Shown piece by piece: positions 11,117 to 23,700 of a DNA stretch of 64,000 nt; the stretch's first letter is position 1, and each line of letters starts with the position of its first letter. The DNA comes from Sphagnum compactum. Lineage: Eukaryota. The stretch is taken from NCBI GenBank assembly GCA_965153455.1, contig OZ234493.1, positions 31,114,213 through 31,178,212 of the forward strand, written 5' to 3'. The notes below the pieces were generated by a model. That model did not search any database. It was not told the DNA's origin and saw nothing but the letters and a program-made list of their open reading frames with translations. The translations under genes were made by a program, and so were the position numbers.

Positions 11117-11354
11117 CACTATGAGAAAATTGTGTCTCTTGCAACTTGTCCAATGCAACTAAAAAGTGTTTGATAGAACTAGATTGCAACTAAAAAGTGT
11201 TTGATAGAACTAGATTACAACTAAAAAGTGTTTGATAGAATTAGATTCCAACTAAAAAGTGTTTGATAGAATTAGATTACAACTAAAAAATGTTTGATAG
11301 AACTAGATTACAACGAGATAAACAAGTTGCAATGGACATGATTTTCTCATAATG
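11117..11354. mobile_element. Non-autonomous CACTA (En/Spm) element
   Basis: Starts CACTATGAGAAAAT and ends ATTTTCTCATAATG; 33-bp TIRs match at 28/33; 3-bp TSD TAT at 11114-11116 and 11355-11357. Confidence 0.85.
11156..11314 (+). repeat. 31-bp tandem repeat x5
   Basis: CAACTAAAAAGTGTTTGATAGAACTAGATT(A/G/C) at 11156, 11187, 11218, 11249 and 11280, with no spacers. Confidence 0.95.
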
Positions 11355-14300
11355 TATATGAGAAAATCCTTAAACATGTCCATAAATGTACTAAAGTTTG
11401 GGCTTTATAAAATGGGGTATTAAACATACAAACGACAAAACTGGGAAAATATAGGAGGCGGTTACCAATATTGGTATGCATGTTAACTTTTACATTTATG
11501 AGGAGACTAGTAGCAGTACATAAATATAAAAGTTTCAAGGAAGCATTAGAACCTCAAATACCTATTATGTCCCTTCTCAAAAAATGGATACCATATGATA
11601 TGTTGGCTTTTATAAATGAGAAATGGGGAAAATTAGCTTGTTGTATTCCAAGAAGGTGGGTAGTATATTGGCCCCCATTCATGACTGAGAAAGAAAGAAT
11701 AGCTTCACTAACATAATATAAGAAAATGATTGAAACCATTCTAAACAAGGAATGATAGAGCTAGACAAAATAGACTTGGGATTTTGCAAGTTATGCAATG
11801 TTGTAAAGGTAAATCCTTGCATATTTACACAACAATTGGGAGAATATAGAATGGCCAAGCCAAAAGGTAGGTTGAGGAACATGAATGTGTTGGGTGCAAA
11901 ATGTATAATTGTGTATCCTAATTTATTCACCTTATGAGAACAAGAAGTTGTTAAGTTGTTACTGATAACCAAATTGTATAATGATCGAAATGAGTGTAGA
12001 CTAGAGGAGAGGTAAGTAATGTCTTTGATCCTTAGAAAAAGTGAATAGTTAAAACAAAGCATTACAAAAGAGACAACAGAAGAATTGTTGAGAACAAATA
12101 TCCATTATAGATGGACAATTACTACCTACCTATATAAACCAAGGAATGCACCAAAGAAGGAAGGATGGAATGAGTTGGTCGATAGATTCAAAGGATTACA
12201 TGTTCACGTCCAAGAGTTGATTTTGGAAAAACTACATGGAGGCACCCAAGTATGGTGTGTACAACATTGTACGTTAATGATCAATTCATCATAACTAACT
12301 AAATATCGACATTGGTTATCAGTATTGGCATGTTTGCCAACATTGATACCACTTGAACAAATAACAGCTACTTATCATCGAATAATTGTCCAAGATGACA
12401 AAGAATTCATCAAACCCAACATCAATGCATTGGTAGAAAAGTGGATGTCATGTGACATGTTGTGGATCCAACCATGCTTCTATGAAAACTATGTCATGAA
12501 ATGAAGAGGCAACCCGAGTTATCAACCTTTCTATGACATAGACAAGGAACCTTTACATCTTTATTCTTACAAAAAATTAACCCATAAATGTAAAGAAAGA
12601 TGAAGATTTATCAACTTCAAACTCATGATGGATAATGCAAGGAAGGCTAAAAATGACAAACTATGAGATGCAAGACGAACTCAAAGGGAAGGAACTAGAT
12701 AATTGTTCTGTAAATCAAAAGACCTTATAGATTTCTTAAGAAGGTGGAAGAAAGCAAGTCCATTTGACTATGTGATAGGATATGAATAATTGAGCCCCAA
12801 AAGGGAAGAATTAATCATATCAACAACATGTACGATGATCAATACCATTAAAGGATAAAATGTGGACCACCTAGTAATGAAAGAGCCAATTCAATAGTTG
12901 GAGAATTGATGGATATTTTGTTGCCTATCTGACCACGCTCGTTAAATAACTTTTTGACAACTTGGGTGTGGAATTCTATAGATAAGCCTTTGTTAGTAGA
13001 GGATGAACCAGCACATTCAATCACTTTCAATTTGGGTTTCCTCAAGTTGGATACATTGGTAGAAAATAATAAAGAGGAAAGGGCTACATGAGCTAAATTG
13101 ACTAGCTCAAACGGAAGCTTACTAATCTCACCAGAAAGGGGAAGTGATATTGTAACATTACCAAATGTGCAAACCTAGGCACATAATTGGACCACTAGTA
13201 AACATGGCTCTAGCGATAGGCAATGTGTTAAGGATACAACTGCCTAAATATCATGATGGAGATGAAATTGTCACACATCCGACAATTCACATGTCTGTGT
13301 GACCAATGGCGAAAACAATGATGTTCATAAGTTTCAATATTTTCCAAATACTCTAAAAGGAAAAGTTGTCGATTAGTTTGTTTGTTTCAAAACTGTAAAC
13401 CTTGCAACAACATGGCCATCGATATAACAAAATTTCATTTGCATTTTAATGAAGTACACAATGAAGGTCAAACATTAGCAGTAATCCAGAATATCAAGCA
13501 AAAGAGGCATGAAACTGTTGAAGACTAATATATGACATGTTCCTACAATTGGTAGTTGTCATCTTGAATCAGCTAGATAATGTATACTTAAGGGAGAGTT
13601 TTCATGAAGGGTTACACTCAAGATTAAAGATGGCAATCTTGGGAATGCCATAAGCAATGATCATTGAAGTTGTTAATTAAGCAAAAACAATGGAGGGAGC
13701 TGATGCCCTCCAAGAAATACTACAACAAGGTCCAGGACAAATTAAAAAGTGAAATGTTTGATTATCATTCTGATGAAAAACCTTGAAAAAAAAAACTAAA
13801 CAACAATTTGACACTTATTGTCGTGGCATTTATTATCATAATTGTTACAATGAAGGTCATTACACTAAGGAATGCAAGTTGTTACAAAAGTTTTGTTGCA
13901 TCTATAAGAACGATGATCATAATATGGATCAATGCACAAGGAAAGACGTGAGCAAACACAAATCTTGAAGGAATGTGCATGTAATGTTGTGTAAGTTGAG
14001 GCAAACGAAGTGGTGCAAACCATGCAATAAGAGTATCTTGGGGCCAATAACTAGAGAAGGTTTGGCAACCAATCAACAATCATGCAAGTTGTTAGGAGGG
14101 AATAACTAGCAAAACAATAGAAGCCAAGGATGGCATAATGGCTGGGGGTGTGCTAACAATTTTATAACAATCAAGGTTATAACAAAAACCAAGGATTTTG
14201 CCCAAACAACAAAATGTTTCTATTGTCTAAAAAAAGGACATGAAAAAAGACTATTTAGTATGAAACATATCTATGAAGAAGAAATGATTAGAATTAAGCC

Positions 14301-16351
14301 CAAAGTGGGAGTAAATGTTGCCATGGTGGACTAGGAACAAACATTGGTGGATGTGTGTGTAACAACTCGGAGCAAGAAGGCTTTCCTCATGGACAAATAA
14401 CAAGGAACACATAGACCAATCCCACTAGAGGATGACAAGTCAAATGGGACAAGTAAAAGACAGTGCATCAAGAAGCATTTGAGGAATTATAGAACATTCA
14501 AGGTCTTGAGGACATTCCGGTGATGGTCTATAGAGAGTTGGTCACCAAATAACCAATTTGTTTGACAAGAACAAGCGACAAGGACAAAAGCTACGAAGAA
14601 CTCAAACAACATACCAGCTAGTAGCAACATGTTGGCAATTAATTCACAAACCAACATGGATCAACCAGAAATCAACACAATGCATACCAAGAAAATAGAC
14701 GAAAACAACAATTTGATAAGTGACCATTAGTTGGGAACCGATTTGTTTAAAGCAATCGTGGAGTTCAAAATGAAGGTCAAGCTAAGGAAATTGTTATAGT
14801 TATGTCCACAACTAAGGAAATTATTAGAAATTTCTTTGGCAAAAATAAAAGGACGGGGAGTAGCAAATGTTTGCAAAGTCACCATGGTGAAGGTTGAAGA
14901 TTTTGATGAAGCCATGCATGTACTTCAAGTAAGGATTGGAAAGTTGGGAGTAAAGGATGTACTACTAGATGGAAGATTTGGGGTTAATATCATCTCTGAA
15001 GAACTTAGAAAGAAGCTAGGGTTGAGGAGGGCCTTAACTAGCCCCTTTCATGGCTTATATGGTTAACCAGAGGAAAGTGCAATCAACTGGACTAATCTGA
15101 AGCTTGAAAATAGACCTAGCAAGGTGTTCATATAAAATCTCAATTAGAATACTAACTATGGAAGAAGGCAAAGAAGCATATTCCATGCTACTTGGAAGAC
15201 CATGACTTAAACAAGCTAGAACTACTCATGATTGGGGTAACAATACCCTGATAATTACCTCTAGGAACACTAAGCACCATCAAAAAGATCAAGCTAAATC
15301 CATCTCAATGACCAGAACACCTAGATGACAGGTATGATGGGGATGGACTTACCAAATAGGATGAAGAGCAACTTTACAAATTTGTACCAAAATTATGGCC
15401 TATGGGAGAAGTGGCCCACAACAAATTATCTTTTTTGCCAAATGTGTTTTGTGGCATGTTACATGCTGACAAAAATATCAAATATCAAGAGCATTTTTAC
15501 CAACATGAACTAGGAGAGGCCTTGATTCTAAACGAGTTGATAGACATCACAATCTGAAACAAGCTGATAGTTGGATGGATTGTGATAGAAGAAGAACAAT
15601 TGATCAAGTTCAACTTGGGAAATGTAGAAGACCTTAAAAATGTACTGATAAGTTCAGCATTGTCAAGGGAGTTGAAACTCTCTTACGAAAAATTACAAAG
15701 ATGTATTAGCTTGGAGTTTCAAGGAACTGAAGGGAATTCCAAAGCAAATTTGTGAACATAAGATTGAATTAATGATTGACACCAAACCAATTAACCAAAA
15801 ACAATATTGAATCAATCCAAATTATGCGTCACCCATAGAAGAGAGGAAACACATCACCATTAGGGCACGACCTTATATTTTACAAAACGACGGTTTACAC
15901 AAGTTAGGACTAGATGGGGTCCTACGACAATGTTTGAATGGACAAGAGGCCCAATGTGTCCTGTCAAAACTCCATGAAGGACCTATTGGAGGGCATTATG
16001 GGATTTACAATACAATACAAAAAAAATGGTTGTAGATTATTGGTGGCCTATGTTACAAAAACAAATAGTTAAAATGTGCCAAACTTATGACATATGCCAA
16101 CAATTTGGACCCTAGAGCATCACAGGAAGGGGACCCTTACGGTCAATATTATCATTTGAACCATTCATGAAATGGGGACTAGATTTCATGGGAACATTCA
16201 AACTAGTGGCAAGATACATCGACAATCAATACAATGTAGTAACAACTAACTACATTACGAAATGGGTGGAAGAAAGAACCTTAAAAAATAATATAACAAA
16301 AAACACTACCAAGTTTTTATATGAACACATCATCATCTGGTTTAGCTGTCC

Positions 16352-19300
16352 TAGGGTGAATGCATGATCAAGTGGTTCAAAAATGGCAAAAATTACATTC
16401 CCTCTAAATCCATATAAGATTCTTTAAAATGATTCAAATGGACATGGTTGTTACTTTAAAAAATGTTATTATTCAAATCTTTGAATAATACATGTTCAAT
16501 CATCTACAAACCTTCCCAAATCGATGTGAAAACTTGTATTTAATGTAGTTGATGTCATTTTTTAATTTGGAAATCCTAAAAGGAAAACCCACAAAGTCCA
16601 TATGAATAATGACCCAAGTAAAGCTTTCAAAACTATGCTTTTGGGACAAAGAAATTGAAAAACAAACAAAAATTGCAACTCATATGGATTTATGAAAATA
16701 TGGTCAAATTTTAACCATTCAAAAATCCCTAACTATTAAATGGTTATAGTTTTCAAAGAAAAGATTCTTCATATGAATTTATCATCTTATATTACATCAT
16801 ATATTGAGCCCCAATAATTTTTTTGGAATGTGAATTAATACAATTTTTTTCATTTTGTGATATTCCAATCAAATGACCAATCCGTACTTTTCAATTTCAA
16901 AAGTCCATTACTACTAGCAAATGAGTTTTTTATTAATAAATAACCACATACTTCATTTCACAATGAAATTTTTAGTTTATATCCAAGTTTTGATTAATAG
17001 ATTTAAGGATATATTAATTACCATATGCATTTGGATACCAGAAAAAAAACTCTTTTTATTAGTGATCAAAGTAGCCATTTCATCAATGACATCATTGAGA
17101 TTTTGACAACCAAACTTGCAATCATTCATCACAAGTCAATTATTTATTACCTTCAACGAAATGGGTAATTCGAGTTGACAAACAAATCAGTGAAATGGAT
17201 GTTAACCAACACAACAACACATTTTGGGTTTTGTGAATAGCCTTTACAAGTACATGCTAATTAATAAGGACATATGTTACTAGTGACTAATGAATTGTTA
17301 AACCCATGTAATTTCACCCATTTAGTTGCAAAGGACGTTTAGTTGTAAAACCCAATTGTCTTAATGATTAAGATTTTATTTTTTTATAATAATGAAATTC
17401 CATGTCATCATTAACCTTGATATGACATGTAAAATGCATGTCATCTCAACTTAGTTGTTTTACTCAACTAAATGTTATAGAAGACGCCTTGATCAATGGA
17501 TGACGTGTGTCAAAAATCTATAAACACATTATGAGTTATTGCACATGACTAAAAGGCAACCTAATTTAGCCCATATAGCTAGCGTACCCAAAAGTCAATT
17601 TAGCCTAACTTAACTAAGCTAGGCAACCTAGCCTAGCTTACTTAACCAAAAGTCAATCTAGTTTAACCTAACTAGGTTAGCTACTTATGTTAGGCAACCT
17701 AGGTTATCTAACTTAGGATAAATGGCTTAAATTTTTAAAAAATGTTGGACCCCTAGCCCAAGAAGCCTAGATTAGGCTTTCTAACCTAATCCAAGTGGCT
17801 TAGGTATCATGGGTTGCAAGAGTGAGAACTTGAACCCTTCACCTTCATTTTGGGGTTCAAGTCTTCATCCATTGCATTACCATTTTTTAATATATTAATC
17901 ATATTTAATACAAAGTTGTAACATGTTCAAAGATTCAAGCCTTGAATTAAATTTGGCCACTTAGGTTGACCTAGGTCAACCTACCTACTATTTACCTACT
18001 TAGCCTAGACCTAGACCTCCTTAAGTTGATTTATGATGAATTAGTTGCATCTAGTCACACAAATTTGAAGTAATTACAAACTTGATAAAATATCTTGTAA
18101 TGAAACTATTACATAGGTTGACTTGACAAAAAAACCTAAAGCTAGCAACTTAAACAAGCCTACCTAGGTTAATCTATTAGTAGGGTAACCTATTTTAAGT
18201 ATATTAATACATATTAGATGTAATAAATTTCGTATGTCTAATTAAGTAACTTATAAAGTAGCCTATATGACGAAATAGGTTTTACTAAGTAGCTTACATA
18301 CATAGGTTAACTTAATGGGTATGTTAACTTAAATTAATGTATTAAATAGTTAAAGAATCAAGGCACTATGTCTCACTTTTTTCAGAGTTACGACTATTAA
18401 TATTGTAGTCATAATTTCAAGTTAACAATAGATTATTTAGTACACATACACATGCATGTGAATTCATTTCAAAACCTCATGGCACACAAAAATTTATGAC
18501 ATACCATGACAAATATTGGTGTCATAAATTCAAGACACACAAATATTTATGGTGTCATAAAAAATCATGGATCACTATGAAAACTTGTGACACCTTGTTG
18601 CCAAATGGGATGACATGTAATCATCACATGGAATATTGAGTCATTATTAATCACAAAGAACAACAATAATTTCAACTAACTAATAAATGAAATTAATTAA
18701 TCAAATCAATGACATGAATCATGATGATGACAAATAGGACCACATCATCTTGTTGGCATGTAGCATGCCATGTCATCATGATGGGAGATTGAGTTGTTAT
18801 TAGTTGCAAAGGTGGATGGTTCTTGTAACTAATTAACTAATGAACAAAAATTGAGAAATAATATGATAATTTACCAAAAAACCAACAAGTTGACATATTG
18901 ACTATAGTTGCAAAGCCATGATGCTATGTTGCATGTTGATGCCTTTTGCCATTATTTAGTGATTGTTATGACTAAGTAATTATAAATGTAATTGAAAAAA
19001 ATAATCATAGTTATGACATTCTTGGTGCGAGAATGTTATGGAAGCCCAAAGAAACAAGAATTTTAAAGAATTTTATAAATCAACCAGTGTAATTTGGTAA
19101 ACATTCGCGGGTAAAGAATGTTATGACAAGGTGCTAAATGAAGAATTTTAAAGAATTTTAATGTGCAAAATGAAGAATGTCATCACTAGGAAAATAATAA
19201 TGATTTTTGTGTTTAGTTCAAAGATAGGATTTGTTGTCGTGAAAATAAAGTTTTTGGACTTGCATTTTGATGTAAAAAACTACATTGAGAGATTTTGGAC

Positions 19301-19698
19301 ATCATTTCTAACATAGTTACTGACCAACAAATGCCTCATTTTATCCAAAGTAATGTATGAATAAAATATTTTATTACCATGTGCATGTGGAATGTCACAT
19401 CATCACGTTGTGAGACTAGAAGTCATTATTCTAGTCACAAAAATCAAGGTATTTTTATTAACTATTTTTAATTTATTTTAAAAATCATTACAATTTCAAA
19501 AATAATAATAGATCTATCCAAAAAAACCCACTAGTCGTCATATTAACTATAATCATAAAACCATGACATCACATAACATTTCAATGGCCTTTGCAACTAC
19601 ATAATGATTTTTGTGACTAAATAACCTTACAATTATATAGTAAAATATGATAGTAATTGTTTCTTTGATTGATAAAAAACCCATAATGTGTTGTTGTG
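16352..19698. mobile_element. AT-rich insertion(s), probably nested non-autonomous DNA transposons, interrupting the old integrase
   Basis: Integrase reading stops abruptly at WFSCP (16352) and resumes near 19700; the intervening DNA is non-coding with TAGGTT/AACCTA-rich repeats and a CACTAGG at 19184. Confidence 0.5.
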
Positions 19699-20733
19699 CA
19701 AGATGGTTAATGCCAATCACACTAATTAGGATGTCATGTTGCTAATGGCATTGTGGGCATATATCAAACATCATACAAGGTCACGACATAACATAAACCC
19801 CTATGAATTGGTTAATGGCACAAAGCCAGTACTAACAGTAGAGTTCTTTATTCCCACCTTTAGAACCCAACGTCAAGTAAAAGAAGATTTGGTTTGGTTG
19901 TGGCAGTTTTCTTGTGAAGATGGAGAATTTAGCCCTAATAGACGAACTTCAATGGGAAGTAGGTGACAACATGGAAACACCTGAAAAGGTGGCCTAAATT
20001 GGACAGAGAAACCTGTCCTGTGTTGCAAGCCAACTGGATGGCCCACAAGGAGAAGAGATGATTGGACAGAGTGTGGCCAGGTTTTGGGCTGTGGGTTCAA
20101 GATCTGAATACGCAAGTCCATTGGGTGTTTGAGAGCCATGTTTATATGGGCTAAGTTTTCGGCACCTGAATTGGGACGTGGTTCCTCCCTCCCTTAACGA
20201 CGGTAGAGGAGGAGGAGGAGGCCGACGAGACGGTCGATGAATGAAGGACACTTTGCTACTTACGTTTTGCTTCAGAAGAAGAGTTGCTGCCGTTGTTTGT
20301 TGCTTCTTCAGGAGAGATTTGGGTCCTTTGCTGATTGCTTCCCAGTCGAGCGTCTCGTTTGTGCCAAGCTTTAGAGCTCTCTCGCGCGCAATTTGGTGCA
20401 GATTTGCGGACGGGAGAGGGTTCATGGTCTCATTAGGTCATATAAATAAACCTTTCCACTTTTCTTTCTTCGATCCCCGGAATTTTGAGTTGTTTCGAGT
20501 CATCGAGAAAGGGATTTTTATTTAGCGGGTTTTTGCGTCTGAGAGAAGAAGAAGAACAACAGGGTGGTTTGAGGCTTGCCCATGATGTTGTTGTGGGATT
20601 TGAAGAGTGTAAAAGCTTTTTTCTAGCTATGGGGTATGGCAATATAATATTTTGAGGAGCTTCTTGGGTGCAGTGGAGAAGGAGGAGGGTGTGCTGCTGC
20701 TGCTGCTGCTGCTGTAAGGGGAACGGATTCGGG

Positions 20734-23700
20734 ATGTCTTCAGTGCAGCTAGCACATGCACTGAAGCGCAAAGTGCAAAACCAGTCACGTTTCTTAACCC
20801 CAAAAAGGTATTCCCTCTTTCCCTGATGTTGTAAGTATGTGATCCACCAGTACTTCTTCATGTGCACAGTGGGAAAATTTTCTGAAACCAACCAACATCT
20901 GCTATTTTTTTTTCTGTTTGAGCAAACTAGGGTTTCCAGTAGCTGGTATGATGAAGGGTTCCACTAGTACATCTTCATGTGTAGCACAGTGAGAAGCTTT
21001 TCTGAAACCAACATCTACTCTTTTTCCCCCCCTGTTTTAGCAAATTAGGGTTTCCAGTAGCTGGCATGATGAAGGAAGGGTTCCAAAGAAGTGGAAATTG
21101 GATATCTTTTTGTGTTTTCTCTTGTAACTTTTCTCTTGTAACTTCTTGGATCTAGCTGTGAAACAAAGTCCTCAAGGTATATATATCCTGGGATATCTTT
21201 GACAATTGTCCTCAACCAGGGTATGGAGGGATTGAAATGATTTGTGTGCCTCATGCTCATTCCAATATCTCAATTTGTGCTAAATTGGGAGTTGTCAATA
21301 GTCAATTTTACAGGTTTTTGAGGCTTTTATAGTTGTAGAGAGTTCTTTGTCTCTTAGATGGTCAGTCTTATTGTCTTTCTGAAAAATAAATGCTACCTTC
21401 TAAAGGTTCTGTTAAAGAGGACTAGAGGGTTGCTCTATGAGGAAAAAATTCTTTTTCGAATTTCAGCATTTGGAGTATTTATTTTTGTTTCTTGGTCCTT
21501 TGTTCTCTGTTTTTGGAATTCTCTGTGGCTGGTTGAAAAAGTGTTAATCTCACTTAGCCTTTTCCTAATCATGAGAATGGAGATTTCTTGATTCTTATGA
21601 GAGATAAATCTTTTTGTGTTTTGCAGGAAAGCGTTGGCAGTTGTAGCTGTGGTGTTATTTGCAGGAGGTGGATTAGCATATAATCACTCCAATCGTCAGA
21701 GACAAAAACCCATCCACCATCCCCTTGCACATGCAGCTGATACAGATGATGGAGAGGAGGTGGCCAGAGTGGCTGCAAAGGGAAGGAGTAGTGGAGTTTT
21801 GCAGAAAGGGAAACAGAAGAGGGGTGGGCTGAAGTCAGTGAAGGTGGTCAGTGCAATCCTTCTGGCACACATGGGGAAGCGAGGCATGGAGAATTTAGTG
21901 TCTTTGGCTGCCATTGCGGTATGAGGCCGGCCCTTTCTACTGTCAGACAACACATGTTTGCTGAAATTATTGAATGTCCTGATGAACTTTGCAAGATTTT
22001 AGTGTCAAGTTTCTGATGCACTCTTTTAACACAAAGTCTCATCTTCTGTTATTTGTATGCTGGTTGTGCACTTTGATTTTGTTTTTGTTTGCATTTTTCT
22101 GTCGGGATGCCCTATTCACTCTTTCTCAGTAATTTTATCTCCACAATTTCAAAGTTGGACATTGGAATATATCATTGTTTTAGTGATTAGGTTTGTAAGC
22201 CAATGAGGTGTGAAAACATGCATAATGTGATGATGATGATGATGGAGCAGGTGTTGAGGACAGCATTGGGGAACAGATTAGCCCGGGTGCAAGGATTTTT
22301 GTTCAGAGCTGCGTTCTTGCGTCGTGTACCCCTCTTCATGCAGTTGATTACGGAAAATCTGGTGTTGTGTCTTCTGCAATCTGTTTTGGTATCAACCACA
22401 AGGTTCCTGACTGGGACTTTAAGTCTATGCTTTCGGAAGATCTTGACTGATCGGGTCCATGCTGATTATTTCCAGGTGGGTTTTAGCTTCTGAAATCCAG
22501 GGAGAGGGAATCTATATACCTTCAGGGATCTCCTCCTTGCCTAATACTGTCAGTAACAAAAAGTGGAAGAATGTATATGTGCTTGTGATTTTCTAGGAGT
22601 GACACAGGCAGGTGGGTGCAGCAAGACAGTGGCCTGAGTTTTTCCTTCTGCTGAATTCTTCTTTTTGGGATCTGTTTTCCAAAAATTCATTGTGTGGACT
22701 AAAACTTTGCTGGCTGTGGCAGAACATGACATATTACAAGATGTCGCATGTGGATCATCGAATCAGCAATGCGGAACAGAGAATAGCCAGTGACATTCCA
22801 AGATTTTGTGCAGAACTTAGTGACCTTATACAGGAGGACATAATGGCCATTTTTGATGCATGTCTCTATACTTGGCGATTATGTAGTTATGCCCATCCCA
22901 AATATGCCTTCAGCATATTGGTATGTGACTTCTTGCTCATTTTGGTGTCAGTTTGATTTGGGTTCTGTTGAGAATTTCTGCTGTGGTACTAGTTGACAGA
23001 TTGGGTCCCTAGGCTATCTGGCAGTTCTTGGTCTCATAATTTTAGCAATGTTTGAAATTCATAGTCCTTGATTGTTTTGCCGCTCATTTGAGGTGTTTTT
23101 GTGGTTTCTAGTTTGGTCCAGGGAAAAAGGATCTAAAATGGGTTCAGTGATGTTCCATGTAGGCTTATGTGTTAGGGGCTGGAGTAATAACGGGGGCCCT
23201 CTCACCACCGTTTGGGAGGCTAATGTCAACTGAGCAGCAGCTGGAAGGGGAGTATAGGCAGCTGCATTCACGAATCCGAACACATTCTGAAAGCATTGCA
23301 TTCTATGGAGGACAAGTGATTGAGGCATCAATCATAAAGCAACGGTTCAAGGCACTTGTAAAGCATCTGGGCAAAGTGCTGCACACACAGTGGTGGTTTG
23401 GCATGATCCAGGACTGTTTCCTGAAATATCTTGGAGCCACTTTTGCTGTTGTCCTCATTATTGGACCCTTCTTTGGAGGCAACTTGAGACCGGATAGTTC
23501 CACACTTGGCCGTGCCAAGATGCTCAGTAATATGCGGTATCACACTAGTGTGATTATCTCCCTGTTCCAGGCCATGGGTACTCTTGCCAGCAGCTCTCGC
23601 CGTCTTTCTCGTGTCAGGTTAGCCTACTTGCACAGCCAATTGAGCATGCTGTTTCAGTCAAAATCAGTACTGTGATCACTGTGTTTTGAAGTGTAACAAT

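Larger units (their letters stand above)
10471..19966 (+). mobile_element. Heavily degenerate Tat/Athila-like Gypsy internal region with RT/RNase H deleted and integrase interrupted
   Basis: Gag-like FQYFPNTLKGKVVD*F (about 13330), CYNEGHYTKEC knuckle (13843), protease VLLDGRFGVNII (14959) and YSMLLGRP*LKQ..HDWG (15178), integrase LHEGPIGGHYG, FMKWGLDFMG, YITKWVE (15970-16350), and distal LMALWAY...PYELVNG (19700-19830). Confidence 0.75.

Noticed and set aside
11156-11314. CRISPR-like 31-bp direct repeats
   Set aside because: No spacers, no cas genes, eukaryotic context, and enclosed by CACTA TIRs.
19994-20891. Minus-strand ORFs of 143 and 152 aa, one with poly-Q
   Set aside because: They overlap the ABCD promoter and 5' UTR; the poly-Q comes from a (TGC)n microsatellite.
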